A stretch of DNA of 64,000 nt from an uncultured Gammaproteobacteria bacterium (GCA_964445355.1 CAYUKQ010000003.1:3693-67692), one strand, 5' to 3'. Shown: positions 1 to 9,397, numbered from the stretch's first letter. The notes: generated from the sequence alone by a model not told the origin. Numbers and translations are program-made.

Positions 1-88
1 GATGGCCAGACTTCCGAAGATCGAGTGATTTGGTGTGAAACGGAGGTTACTTAAGCCACAAACGGGGTGAAAGCTGCCTTTTTCGAAT

Positions 89-128
89 GGCATCTGATAC
101 GCAGAAATGTGTTTCGGATGCCTTTTTT
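89..128 (+). terminator. Rho-independent terminator (GGCATC...GGATGCC stem then T-run) ending an upstream unit that begins before the window
   Basis: Inverted repeat ggcatc/ggatgcc followed by TTTTTT, seen directly in the sequence. Confidence 0.5.
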
Positions 129-139
129 ATGAATAAAAT

Positions 140-180
140 ATCCCGTAGTATTTGATAAGAAAGAAATAAAATGTTAAAAT
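140..180 (+). promoter_or_regulatory. Motif-promoter module copy 1: ATCCCGTAGTA then TTGATA -35, 17-nt spacer, TAAAAT -10
   Basis: Hexamers and spacing read from the sequence; same module recurs at about 870, 2228, 5977(-), 41534(-), 46903(-), 59161 and 62961(-). Confidence 0.55.
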
Positions 181-225
181 ACTGCTTCGCAACTTCACAT
201 TTTCTGGCGAGGTGAGAGTGTAGCT

Positions 226-786
226 ATGGTTGCCGTGTCTGTTGACTTAGTCGGACATCGGTTCGACTGGGGTCACACTGACAGGGTGTGGCTCTATAAT
301 CAATTTATCACAGCTTGCCGTAAGGCAGGCCTTGATATTCGCATGACTGAGACCATGTTCAAGCTCAAGATCGGAACCCGGAACGAGTTTCTGGTTTTTG
401 ATTTTGCACGCTTTGTGACGGATCCGTCTCAGTCCCAGTACGTGCCGTTGGTTGCGGATGTCTACATCAGCTACTCAGACGATGAGGGAGTCGAGCATCT
501 CATCCGTCCAGCTGTTGTGGCTCGCGATCACAGCAAAGATCGGCACCCGATCGGGTGGGCATTCGAGACCGGCCGATTGATTCGGTACAACGGCCGTTTT
601 CAGACGTTCACTGTCGATTTTGGAGAACCGATCAGGTATATCCGTCCCAGAAAAAGTCGGCACCGTCCCAAGTATTTCGCTCTCGGTTCGGTAATTTTGG
701 CCTTTTACTGGGTCAAAAAATACCTTGCCAAACGAAGGAAAAAGAAACGATCCGAGCGTCATTTGTCGTCTAAGAGCGGCAAGTGA
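226..786 (+). CDS. Hypothetical protein, GC-rich (about 55% GC), C-terminal hydrophobic anchor plus basic tail (KRRKKKRSERH)
   Basis: ATG ORF of 186 aa, own promoter upstream and terminator downstream; composition differs from backbone; no recognisable domain. Confidence 0.6.
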   Translation: MVAVSVDLVGHRFDWGHTDRVWLYNQFITACRKAGLDIRMTETMFKLKIGTRNEFLVFDFARFVTDPSQSQYVPLVADVYISYSDDEGVEHLIRPAVVARDHSKDRHPIGWAFETGRLIRYNGRFQTFTVDFGEPIRYIRPRKSRHRPKYFALGSVILAFYWVKKYLAKRRKKKRSERHLSSKSGK

Positions 787-828
787 TCTGGGGGTTTCTG
801 ATTTTGAGTGGAGGTGTTAGCGACCTTT

Positions 829-862
829 GCGCTCTAGGTAATAACTAGGGCGCTTTTTTTTT
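829..862 (+). terminator. Rho-independent terminator (gcgctctag / ctagggcgc stem with one G-U pair, then T9)
   Basis: Hairpin followed by T-run immediately after the 226-786 stop. Confidence 0.65.
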
Positions 863-889
863 GCAAACTATCCTATAGTTTGATATAAT
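861..889 (+). promoter_or_regulatory. Promoter TTGCAA-N17-TATAAT with ATCCTATAGTT element (870-880) inside the spacer; GGAGG RBS at 915-919
   Basis: Consensus hexamers with 17-nt spacing; motif copy 2. Confidence 0.55.
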
Positions 890-925
890 CAGCCTTAAGA
901 ACGTTTAAATTCTGGAGGCTAGCTC

Positions 926-1345
926 ATGCCAACTTTGATGGTCATGGTCCACGACCATCGGCAGGTGTTCGTGAAGGGTGAGTTCGGGCTTCGCGCGGAT
1001 TTTGCTGCCAGCCTGGTCGACGGCGGGCTTGGGAATAGCTTCCGCTTCCATGGCCTGCCGATTACAGAAGCATACTTTCACATCGACGGAGATGCGGAGG
1101 TGCTAACGATCAGGTTGCACCCGCAAGATGATCGGGTCAACGGTGTTGATCGGCTTGAGTTGGTGTTCGATCACGACTCCAATAAGCCTTTCTATGCTGT
1201 TTACTCCCGCTTGTGTGCGTGTGGGGCTTACCAGTTCCGCGTACGCCATTCGGAGGCAGATTTGACTCACACTCTGAGTCGGATCGTGGTCTCGTATCGT
1301 GAAGTTCGCTTAGCAGAATCGGACGCCTCAACAGTAAAGCCGTAA
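926..1345 (+). CDS. Hypothetical protein, GC-rich cassette gene
   Basis: ATG ORF of 139 aa preceded by GGAGG 7 nt upstream and followed by a terminator; no recognisable domain. Confidence 0.6.
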   Translation: MPTLMVMVHDHRQVFVKGEFGLRADFAASLVDGGLGNSFRFHGLPITEAYFHIDGDAEVLTIRLHPQDDRVNGVDRLELVFDHDSNKPFYAVYSRLCACGAYQFRVRHSEADLTHTLSRIVVSYREVRLAESDASTVKP

Positions 1346-1361
1346 ACGCTCGTATTTCTCT

Positions 1362-1398
1362 GTGGCATCTGACTATTAGTCGGGTGCCACTTTTTTTA
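1362..1398 (+). terminator. Rho-independent terminator (GTGGCA...TGCCAC stem then T7)
   Basis: Inverted repeat plus T-run directly after the 926-1345 stop. Confidence 0.6.
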
Positions 1399-1415
1399 TG
1401 GTTTTTTCTTCAATC

Positions 1416-1444
1416 TGGACAAATTAGGCCTAGAGTATTAGAAT
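1416..1444 (+). promoter_or_regulatory. Promoter TGGACA-N17-TAGAAT followed by ATCCCGAG (partial element)
   Basis: Hexamers and 17-nt spacing read from the sequence. Confidence 0.45.
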
Positions 1445-1489
1445 ATCCCGAGCACTTTTGCAAAAAGAGAGGTTCGAAGCTAACTTGCC

Positions 1490-2107
1490 GTGGTTGAAGT
1501 GAAAACGGTTCGGATCCCGGTGTCGCAGGTTAACCGCGACAGATTCAGACACACGACCAGCAACGTTTTCGCGTGGCCGGACTTGGTGACTCAGCTCATC
1601 ATGTCCTCGTCGGCGGTCTTGGGGCGCAACAAGCCGGATGTCAACACTTTGGTGCTGGCCCGGGTCGAACAGGTCAGGCTGGATCAGCGGTTGCTGCTGC
1701 GATTCGTTGCGGCTGGCAACAACGAGGATTTGCACTTGGCGGGTGTGCGGATCGAGCACGGGAGCGAACGATTGGTTACTCCAATGGTTCTCGATTCGAT
1801 GCCGATGATGGCAGCCGTCAAGGGTGTGGCCGGCGTGCCTGGCCAGACCAAGCCACACCATGGTTTTGCCGTGGCATCGCTCAAGGGTATTCTGCCTCAG
1901 GCGCGTGCTTTGGTGCTTCAGCTGCAAGTCCCGCAAGGGGCGGAGGGGCACGTTTTCGGTTGTTTGGAGCCGGTGCGTGATTCGTCCGAGGGCGAAGAGG
2001 AAGTCGCGTTTTTCAGGCATCAGCGCAGATACCCGTCCGGCCAGGGGTACGCTCGGGTCCCTTCCGATGGACAGTATCCGTTGCGACGGCGGTTCACTCG
2101 GGACTAG
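1490..2107 (+). CDS. Hypothetical protein, GC-rich cassette gene (GTG start)
   Basis: 205-aa ORF co-oriented with flanking + promoters and terminators; the opposite-strand 241-aa ORF is R/H/Q-rich with no promoter and is judged spurious. Confidence 0.5.
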   Translation: MVEVKTVRIPVSQVNRDRFRHTTSNVFAWPDLVTQLIMSSSAVLGRNKPDVNTLVLARVEQVRLDQRLLLRFVAAGNNEDLHLAGVRIEHGSERLVTPMVLDSMPMMAAVKGVAGVPGQTKPHHGFAVASLKGILPQARALVLQLQVPQGAEGHVFGCLEPVRDSSEGEEEVAFFRHQRRYPSGQGYARVPSDGQYPLRRRFTRD

Positions 2108-2176
2108 CTCCGAGAAGACTGGTATTGCGATCGAGCAAGCAAGCCGCGTCTGCAACTTGTGCGGATCGAAACAAAG

Positions 2177-2214
2177 GGCGCCTCTGTAAAAAGAGGCGCT
2201 ATTTTTTATTTTAA
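2177..2214 (+). terminator. Rho-independent terminator (GGCGCCTCT...AGAGGCGC then TATTTTTTATTTT)
   Basis: Perfect 9-bp stem plus T-run after the 1490-2107 stop. Confidence 0.65.
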
Positions 2215-2227
2215 TGCTGATTTGGTT

Positions 2228-2268
2228 ATCCTGTAGTGTTGGATTTTTATTGTCGTTGTGGGTATAAT
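2228..2268 (+). promoter_or_regulatory. Motif-promoter module copy 3: ATCCTGTAGTG then TTGGAT, 18-nt spacer, TATAAT
   Basis: Read from the sequence; drives the 2351 gene. Confidence 0.55.
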
Positions 2269-2350
2269 CTCGGACTTAGTTCGTTAACAATCCTCGGGGC
2301 AGCCGAAAAAAGAAAGACAAAAATTCACCGCAAGCAAGGAGTATACGATC

Positions 2351-2800
2351 GTGGGAGTACAAACTCGGGTAAGTCATGTCGACTTTCACACACCTCTTGA
2401 TCACAGGACCAGAATGGTTCTGGAAGGGGGGCAGTTTGAGGCCTGGATTTCGGCCCTGGTCAGGGCAATCCAGGACAGTCAGCCGATTTGGCACAAATCG
2501 GTCGATGGCGTCAGAGTCGAGCCGATCTATCGGATGTATTTTCCTTACCGCAAGTGGCTGATCTTTGGCCTGAGTCTGCCTGAAGGCGGGTCGGGACTGA
2601 AGGTGGTCAACATTGAGTTCCAAACAGATCACCCCAACGTTCCCATCATCAATTCCAGGGTTTTCCCAGAAGGAATTTCGGGGGGAGACAAATTCGTCGG
2701 ATGGCGTTATTTTGACGCTGTCGAACTTCGCGACTACGCCAAGCAGCTGACCGGAATCCATTTTTCGGTTGAGCTGGTAACCACACAGGAGGAGGTCTAG
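2351..2800 (+). CDS. Hypothetical protein, GC-rich cassette gene (GTG start, AAGGAG RBS 7 nt upstream)
   Basis: 149-aa ORF with strong SD; preferred over the antisense 301-aa ORF 2276-3181, which has no promoter or RBS. Confidence 0.6.
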   Translation: MGVQTRVSHVDFHTPLDHRTRMVLEGGQFEAWISALVRAIQDSQPIWHKSVDGVRVEPIYRMYFPYRKWLIFGLSLPEGGSGLKVVNIEFQTDHPNVPIINSRVFPEGISGGDKFVGWRYFDAVELRDYAKQLTGIHFSVELVTTQEEV

Positions 2801-2891
2801 GTTTATCAAAACGTTACGCATTCCCCTGAGGAACCGGCGGTATTGGTGGGCACGCCAGCCGCAAGATCGAATTCCTGTACTGCTAAGCGAC

Positions 2892-3251
2892 ATGATCAAG
2901 CAGTCGGAAGATCCTGAAGGAGCGCTGCAAGGACTGATCCTGAGAGTCGAAGAAGCCAAGATTTTCGGAGCGCGAGCGGTTGCGTTCCGCTTGGAACGTG
3001 CTTTTAGTCGGGGGCCGAAGTTTGCGGCGAGAGTGTATCTCGAGTCTCTTGATGGGGTACGGTTGGAGGCTGCACCGTCAGCCGGCATCGACGGATCGGG
3101 AACGGGTAACCGGATTTTCATGTACAAGGAGTTCTTGACCGCTTTGGGTTCGGCAGATTGTCTGGTTTTTGAGGTCGACACTCTTGACTCTAATCCAGGC
3201 GTGTTTGTTCGAGCACTCCAGTCGGTCGGCAGCCGCCTCCGAAGATCTTGA
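2892..3251 (+). CDS. Hypothetical protein, GC-rich cassette gene
   Basis: 119-aa ATG ORF, co-directional and followed by a terminator. Confidence 0.55.
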   Translation: MIKQSEDPEGALQGLILRVEEAKIFGARAVAFRLERAFSRGPKFAARVYLESLDGVRLEAAPSAGIDGSGTGNRIFMYKEFLTALGSADCLVFEVDTLDSNPGVFVRALQSVGSRLRRS

Positions 3252-3269
3252 ACAGCAAAAGAGCAATAT

Positions 3270-3303
3270 GGGTACTTGTAGAAATACAGGTACCCTTTTT
3301 TTG
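3270..3303 (+). terminator. Rho-independent terminator (GGGTAC...GTACCC then T9) closing the five-gene GC-rich cluster
   Basis: Hairpin plus T-run; GC content falls to backbone level right after. Confidence 0.65.
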
Positions 3304-3511
3304 GATCAGGAGAGTGATGATTAAGACAAAGGATTTTGGTTGCATACTAAATATTGGTGTGGTTATATGAATATATGGGAGGAAATCTGTTGCAGGTTAC
3401 CCTAAATGTATTGTTGGAATTGATATTTTGCCTGGGTCTGGTAGTCGTGTTTTTCCTAAAATTGCGATTTTTTAGTTCAAGTCTATTATTTTCAAACAAA
3501 GGGAGAAAAAA

Positions 3512-5128
3512 ATGAAAAGAATGTTAAAAAAAGTATATTTTGCCTTGATTTCGGTTTTTGCGGGGACTGTGTTAGCCACAGTGGCTGTAAGGGCGGCAGA
3601 CACGACGATCGTGGTGTTACCGGGCGATATGGCGACGAGTGTGGCAGATGTGATTGCAGATCCCAGTAAGTGGATGTTTTATAACGATGAAACTGACACA
3701 ATTGACAATTCACTTGGGTCGTTTGTTTTGGGCCCGGGAGTTACCCCGCTTGGTAATGATAGTATCCAGATCTCAGTCAGCGGTACTCAGAGGCGTAATT
3801 TGGCGACTTATCAATTCAGCGGTACGACCTTGTCTTCAATTACCGAGCTTAAGTTTAGTACTTTTAACCCATCGGCAGGAAATGGCGGAAGTGCCAGTCG
3901 TTCAGGATACTTGCATTTCAACGCAGATTTTAACGGTTCGGATACTTGGCAGAGAAGGTTGGTCTATGTGCCGTCCGTGAATGGGGCAGTGATACAGGAT
4001 ACTTGGCAGGAATGGGATGCAATAGATGGGGGAAATGCAAAATGGCTGTATTCCGGTTCAACCTGGCCGGTGACCGGGGAGCCGGGTTCGACGACAAAGA
4101 CTTGGAGTCAAATATTAAGTGACTATCCGTCGGTCAGGATGCGGGTTACAGATTCATTCTTGGGAATTCGTGTCGGTGAGCCGTATGCTGACGGATATAC
4201 AGAAAATATTGACGGTTTTAAGTTAGGGGTGAGTGGAAATACTAAGATATTTGATTTTGAGGCTTCGGTAGCGCCGGGTGTTCCGACAATTATTTTGCCG
4301 GCAAATAATGCTACGGTGACGAGTTCGGCACTAGTTAAGATCGATTGGACGGATTCGACTGGCGGTTCTAATCCACCGTTTGAATATATGTATGAAGCAT
4401 TTAACGATGCCGGGTATACGACGAGTATTTATACCAGCGCGTGGTTGTCAGTCTCCGAAATACCCACGCCGGGTACGTCACCTGGGGTATATTACGTTCG
4501 AGTTAAGGCTAGAAATGCATTAGGTGATGAGACTGCTTGGAGTAATGACGCCGTTAATCCATACAAAATTACGGTCATTGCTGATGGTCCGGTCTTGGTT
4601 GGGCCACCAACAGATAAGAATCAGTGCAAGAGGAACGGTTGGAGGGTATTTAATAATCCAACGTTTATCAATCAAGGTCAATGTGAAAAGTACGTTAAAG
4701 ATCACAGAGATGATGGCAAGGCGGAGGGGGATTTGCGTTTGATCAATCCTAATCAGAGGATCAAGTTCAAATTATCAGAGAAGGATGTCTCAAACTCTAA
4801 CCATCACAAATCAAAACATAATTATGTTGAATACTGGAATTATGAATATCCTGGTATTTTGCACTACAAAGCAAATGTGATCTGTGCTGAGGTTGATAAG
4901 ATCACAAAAGAAGCGCGTTTTGTATTCCAAATTCCACCAGGTTGGCCAGGTCTAACGGGCTTATATGTAACTGCTTATGTTAAGGATACGAAACAAAAAG
5001 GTGTTGCTGATCTTTATGGTCATGCAGCAACCGGTGATCTGACGATAGCTACGGCTTGGTGTGATACTGGTGTTGGGTTTGCTCCGGCAATGTACTCAGT
5101 TGTAAAAGGTAAAGTTGAAGTGAAATAA
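3512..5128 (+). CDS. Large secreted or surface protein (538 aa) with N-terminal signal peptide, Thr/Ser/Gly-rich beta-type repeats and C-terminal cysteines
   Basis: Signal peptide MKRMLKKVYFALISVFAGTVLATVAVRAA; GGAGAAAAAAATG RBS; backbone GC. Confidence 0.7.
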   Translation: MKRMLKKVYFALISVFAGTVLATVAVRAADTTIVVLPGDMATSVADVIADPSKWMFYNDETDTIDNSLGSFVLGPGVTPLGNDSIQISVSGTQRRNLATYQFSGTTLSSITELKFSTFNPSAGNGGSASRSGYLHFNADFNGSDTWQRRLVYVPSVNGAVIQDTWQEWDAIDGGNAKWLYSGSTWPVTGEPGSTTKTWSQILSDYPSVRMRVTDSFLGIRVGEPYADGYTENIDGFKLGVSGNTKIFDFEASVAPGVPTIILPANNATVTSSALVKIDWTDSTGGSNPPFEYMYEAFNDAGYTTSIYTSAWLSVSEIPTPGTSPGVYYVRVKARNALGDETAWSNDAVNPYKITVIADGPVLVGPPTDKNQCKRNGWRVFNNPTFINQGQCEKYVKDHRDDGKAEGDLRLINPNQRIKFKLSEKDVSNSNHHKSKHNYVEYWNYEYPGILHYKANVICAEVDKITKEARFVFQIPPGWPGLTGLYVTAYVKDTKQKGVADLYGHAATGDLTIATAWCDTGVGFAPAMYSVVKGKVEVK

Positions 5129-5162
5129 CAGCGTCTAAACTAGCTTTTTAAGTTAAAAGTTA

Positions 5163-5200
5163 AGAAAAAACCCGCTCGTGCATGTAAGCATAAGCGGGTT
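5163..5200. terminator. Bidirectional intrinsic terminator (AACCCGCT...AGCGGGTT stem flanked by A-run and T-rich tail)
   Basis: Hairpin between convergent genes 3512-5128(+) and 5286-5819(-). Confidence 0.6.
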
Positions 5201-5285
5201 GTTGGTTGTTGTGGGGGTCAGAAGCTTGCTGATCTTTCGAGCGTTTCTGGCCCTCTAGGCTGAACGGCCCGGAGGAGTCGTGCTG

Positions 5286-5819
5286 CTAGGGATGGAAGAA
5301 GTGGGCGACGAGGTTGCCTTTGTGGCTCTCGGTCAGTACATGGTATTCCCACGTGCCCCAGATCGACCATTCGGGATTGCCGACGTAGCGCGGATCGTTT
5401 TGGCTAACGATTTGGTAGTGATACGCGCCGTTGCCGTCGTATCCGCTGCAGTGGATCATGTTCGAAATGACCCCATGGTCCATGTAGGGGTCGTTGTTGA
5501 AGTCGCCCTTGGTGTGGATGCGATAGAAGCAGGTCGAGAGTGTGTCGGCGTCGAGGTCGGCGATTTCGGTGATGCCGGGAGAAGTGTAGACTCGCCCATC
5601 GCCGAGATCCCAGTAGTAGTCACCTGTCGCGTCGTAGGCGTAGATGCTGTCGTACGTGCACACGACCTGGACACCGGCATCGCCGATGCCGTTATGGTCG
5701 GTGTCCCCGTTGCGGGGAATCATGCAGTTCGTGTTCTTGCCGCCGGCGGCCGAGACGGTCGCGGTTGTGACGAGCATGAGGCAGAAGAGTGCGGTGGTGA
5801 TCAGGATGAGTTTACGCAA
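5286..5819 (-). CDS. Secreted small Cys-, Asp- and Gly-rich protein, GC-rich cassette gene (TTG start, signal peptide)
   Basis: N-terminus MRKLILITTALFCLMLVTTATVSAAGG; about 58% GC; own promoter and terminator. Confidence 0.6.
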   Translation of the reverse strand: MRKLILITTALFCLMLVTTATVSAAGGKNTNCMIPRNGDTDHNGIGDAGVQVVCTYDSIYAYDATGDYYWDLGDGRVYTSPGITEIADLDADTLSTCFYRIHTKGDFNNDPYMDHGVISNMIHCSGYDGNGAYHYQIVSQNDPRYVGNPEWSIWGTWEYHVLTESHKGNLVAHFFHP

Positions 5820-5947
5820 GGTCAGAGTTACTCCTGTTTTTTGCAGAGATGTGAAAGATCAAAATGTTTCGCCCCCACGGCGGAACAAGTGCATTTTTGA
5901 CCAGAGCCAGCGGTTAAGCAGGTCCGGATCAATCAGTGCGATTGCGA

Positions 5948-5990
5948 ATTATAGGTTATAAATCTGTGATAATCAATCGTAAAAGGATAT
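5948..5990 (-). promoter_or_regulatory. Motif-promoter module copy 4 (minus strand): ATATCCTTTTACGA then TTGATT-N17-TATAAT
   Basis: Reverse complement of 5948-5990 read directly; drives 5819->5286. Confidence 0.5.
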
Positions 5991-6016
5991 TAGTAAATTT
6001 TTGCTGTGTTTGAAAA

Positions 6017-6697
6017 CTAGATCAGGTTTAATACTGCCTTTATGGTTTCTGAATCGAATAGGATTTTGTGATGACCTCGAACTGCAGAGGTTTGGTTAAT
6101 TAAGGCGGTGGGAAGCCTGCTTTTGCGCGGATGCCAAACATGATTATCAAAAGTCGGAATAATGGTGCATATTTTGCTGTCAAGATCACATTTGCTGCTT
6201 AGGTTAAGTATAGTTTCACTTTTTGGACGAAGTTCTTTGAATGGTTTGCCGATTAAATATTTTGTTAAGGTTGAGCCGTGAAATGGTGTGGCGATCGCGA
6301 TGACTTTTTTAATTCGAGGAGAAACTGAGGAGTGGTTAAGCAGGTGTTTAGCGATTAACCCCCCTTTGGAGTGGGCGACAATGACTACTTCGTCTAAGGA
6401 ATTATCAATAATTATTTTTTCGATAATTTTTGATTGAGCGGGGACAGATCCGAGATTATGTCCGAGTTCCGGGGCGATATAGACTGGGTGGCCGGTGAGA
6501 GAAATAGAGTCGCCTAATTTTTTCATAAACCCCCATTTGAGGGTGACACCCTGTATCAAAATGACTGGACTTTTGCCTCTGATTGTATGACCGAGATAGT
6601 GCTTGGGTGGTTTGCGGTATTGGTACATCATTCGCCAGCCGTTGGCCATATAAGCGTAGTCAATGGTCCAGTAGATTATTTTTTTAAGTTTTTTCAT
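6017..6697 (-). CDS. Alpha/beta-hydrolase lipase or esterase (class-2 lipase-like, AHSKGG nucleophile elbow)
   Basis: AHSxGG motif as in Bacillus LipA-type lipases; 226 aa. Confidence 0.6.
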   Translation of the reverse strand: MKKLKKIIYWTIDYAYMANGWRMMYQYRKPPKHYLGHTIRGKSPVILIQGVTLKWGFMKKLGDSISLTGHPVYIAPELGHNLGSVPAQSKIIEKIIIDNSLDEVVIVAHSKGGLIAKHLLNHSSVSPRIKKVIAIATPFHGSTLTKYLIGKPFKELRPKSETILNLSSKCDLDSKICTIIPTFDNHVWHPRKSRLPTALINQTSAVRGHHKILFDSETIKAVLNLI

Positions 6698-6793
6698 ATT
6701 TGTACTAAGTAGTCGTGTGAAATCAATTAATTATGAGTGTAACTTATTTTTATGTTAGTCTGAGCTATAAGGTGTGAAAATTATATAAGTGGA

Positions 6794-7552
6794 ATGGAAA
6801 ATGGATGGTCAGAGACAAATACTCCGAATCAGTTTAGCGGAAATCCTGATGGTGGTGTATTAAGAGGGTTACATTTTAATTTGATCGCAATATTATCCAT
6901 TGTTGTGGCAGTGATTTTTTTGGTGATGTCCTTTGTAATTTGGAGAGGTTTTTTTGTTGCTTATGAGACGGGTGGTGATATTTTCGAGTCGAACTCAAGG
7001 GCTATAAATAGTGAGTTAGACAAATCGGTTGAGTTGGCTAAGGTTGAAACGGGTGTCCCGTCTAATAAGGACCTGCTGCAGATCATGCAATATCAGGATT
7101 GGGAAATATTTGTTGATGAGCAGTACAAATTCCAACTGCAATATCCAAAAGGGTTCGCTGTGGTCAGGCAGGCGGTAGGTGCCAATGATGATACGGTCGA
7201 ATATCAGCGGCTGTTTGTTGGGGCTGGGGATCAGATCAACCCGCCATTTGCAACCAATGGAATAGGTATGACGGTTTTGCTTTTTAAGACTGACAAAAGT
7301 TTTGACGAAATAATTCAGGTAGTTACTGATCAGTTTTTGGGAAGTGAGGCGGTATTGTCTGACTATGAAATCGAAGATGGGGTGGTTGGTAAACAGCTCG
7401 AGTTTGTGACTCCGGACAAACAGAAAGTCATCCAAAGATATTTCAAAGCTCATCTTGATAATTATTATTATGAAGTCAAGGTGATAGTTGACGGAGAAAG
7501 TTTTGAATCGACTGCCAGAAAGATGATAAATACTTTCAGGATTGCAAAGTAA
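6794..7552 (+). CDS. Hypothetical membrane-anchored protein (single N-terminal TM helix)
   Basis: 252-aa ORF with TM segment IAILSIVVAVIFLVMSFVIW. Confidence 0.55.
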   Translation: MENGWSETNTPNQFSGNPDGGVLRGLHFNLIAILSIVVAVIFLVMSFVIWRGFFVAYETGGDIFESNSRAINSELDKSVELAKVETGVPSNKDLLQIMQYQDWEIFVDEQYKFQLQYPKGFAVVRQAVGANDDTVEYQRLFVGAGDQINPPFATNGIGMTVLLFKTDKSFDEIIQVVTDQFLGSEAVLSDYEIEDGVVGKQLEFVTPDKQKVIQRYFKAHLDNYYYEVKVIVDGESFESTARKMINTFRIAK

Positions 7553-7683
7553 TTAAATACCGAAAAATACCCGAACATGTGGTAGGATAACGGAATGCAA
7601 TCGCGAGCAGTAAAAAATAATCACTCAGGACTTTATATAAATCCCTACGTTTTATTTTTACTGCCTGAAGAGAATATAAATAT

Positions 7684-8832
7684 ATGATTCCGTTAGCAGC
7701 AAAAATCAGACCAGCTGATCTGAGTGGATTTGTCGGACAGAAACATCTTGTTGGCCGAGGCAAGCCACTAAGAGTCGCGATCGACAAAAAACACTTGTTT
7801 TCCTTTTTGTTATGGGGACCACCTGGAGTCGGTAAGACAACCTTAGCTAGAATTTATGCTAGAACTTTGGGTGCTGAGATTTTTGAATTATCTGCGGTTT
7901 CTGCCGGCAAGGATGACATTAAAAAAATCTTAGGAACTGATGAACGCCAGCAGTCTTTGGCACCTAAGGTGCTGTTTTTGGATGAAATTCATAGATTTAA
8001 TAAAAGCCAGCAGGATTTTTTGTTGCCTTATGTTGAGAGCGGAAGATTAACACTTATTGGTGCGACAACGGAAAATCCAAGTTTTGAAGTTATTCCAGCA
8101 TTGCTTTCAAGATGCAGAGTTTTTACCTTGACCGCTTTGAATGAAAAAGAGATGGATGAGATCATTAATCGGACAGGTATGGGTTTGGACGATGAGTCGA
8201 GACGGTGGCTGATCGCGATGTCTGATGGTGACGGACGTCAGGCAATAACAATGTTGGAGAATACGCACGATCTATATGGAAAGATCACTTTAGAAAATCT
8301 CAAAAAAACACTTCAGAATAAATTCCTCCGCTACGATAAGGCCGGGGAAGATCATTACAATACGATCAGTGCTTTTATTAAAAGTATGCGAGCAGGGGAC
8401 GCTGATGCGGCGATTTATTATTTAGCCAGAATGATCGATGCGGGTGAAGATCCGAAATTTATTGCCAGACGTATGGTGATATTTGCTTCTGAGGATGTCG
8501 GATTGGCGGTACCGACTGCATTGGTGGTAGCAAATGAAGTATTTAGAGCGGTTGAAACTATTGGTTATCCGGAGTGTGGAATTAATCTGGTTCATGGGGT
8601 GGCGTATTTGGCTTGCTGCAAAAAAGATAGAAGTGCATATGATGCTCTCCAGGAAGCACTACTTGATGTAAAGAAACTTGGTAATTTGCCAATACCACTT
8701 AAAGTTAGAAACGCTCCGACGAAACTGATGAAGGAAATGGGGTACGGGAAAAATTATGAGATGTACGACAAAGAATCTCTATTGCCTGGCGAGTTGAGTG
8801 GTAAGAAATATCTTAAGAGAAAATCTGATTAG
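7684..8832 (+). CDS. rarA: Replication-associated recombination protein A (AAA+ ATPase RarA/MgsA)
   Basis: Walker A LWGPPGVGKTT and RarA-like C-terminal region. Confidence 0.85.
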   Translation: MIPLAAKIRPADLSGFVGQKHLVGRGKPLRVAIDKKHLFSFLLWGPPGVGKTTLARIYARTLGAEIFELSAVSAGKDDIKKILGTDERQQSLAPKVLFLDEIHRFNKSQQDFLLPYVESGRLTLIGATTENPSFEVIPALLSRCRVFTLTALNEKEMDEIINRTGMGLDDESRRWLIAMSDGDGRQAITMLENTHDLYGKITLENLKKTLQNKFLRYDKAGEDHYNTISAFIKSMRAGDADAAIYYLARMIDAGEDPKFIARRMVIFASEDVGLAVPTALVVANEVFRAVETIGYPECGINLVHGVAYLACCKKDRSAYDALQEALLDVKKLGNLPIPLKVRNAPTKLMKEMGYGKNYEMYDKESLLPGELSGKKYLKRKSD

Positions 8833-9323
8833 ATCTTGAGGAGTAGGCCGACAGCGATACCGATTATTGCGGCGATGCCACCAACAACAAGCATTTCGAT
8901 TCCTGAGCGGTTACGATTGATCTTAACGATTTTACCTTTGGTGTAACCCAGCAAATATAAGCCGATGAATGCGCAGATAACTGAGATAAAACCGGCTTGA
9001 GGTAAGGGGAAAAACAGAATAGGTAGAACCGGAATAAGTCCGGCTAGGGCGTACGAAGAGAACATGATTATTCCGCCGAAGATGAAATTGTTAGTGGTCA
9101 GCTCATCCTTTTCAAGCTCATGGACGGCTCTTTCGGACAGAAATTCTCCGGCACCCATGCTACTGGCCTCGACGGCGATCGTAATTAGACTAGCGAGGAG
9201 AATGAATTCTTTAGTTGGGGAAGCAGCGATTAGGCCAACAATCATACCCGTGGTCGAAACCAACGCATCTTCGACACCAAAGAGTGAACTGCGAAGATAA
9301 TCATCCTGAGCGGTTGTGGCCAT
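8829..9323 (-). CDS. VIT1/CCC1-like (DUF125-type) small membrane protein
   Basis: GVEDALVSTTGMIVG motif typical of the VIT family; multiple TM helices. Confidence 0.5.
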   Translation of the reverse strand: MATTAQDDYLRSSLFGVEDALVSTTGMIVGLIAASPTKEFILLASLITIAVEASSMGAGEFLSERAVHELEKDELTTNNFIFGGIIMFSSYALAGLIPVLPILFFPLPQAGFISVICAFIGLYLLGYTKGKIVKINRNRSGIEMLVVGGIAAIIGIAVGLLLKI

Positions 9324-9397
9324 AGATGTATTTTAGCTTATTTGGAGTGGTTGTTATAATACCTGTGTGTGTTTGGTGCTAAATAAATACCAAAAAT

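Noticed and set aside
1430-2155. 241-aa ORF antisense to the 1490-2107 gene
   Set aside because: The R/H/Q-rich low-complexity translation is typical of a GC-rich antisense frame. There is no promoter or RBS, and flanking promoters and terminators are all plus-strand.
2276-3181. 301-aa minus-strand ORF spanning two plus-strand genes
   Set aside because: It overlaps two plus-strand genes that have an AAGGAG RBS, promoters and terminators. It has no promoter of its own and is likely a GC-rich antisense artefact.
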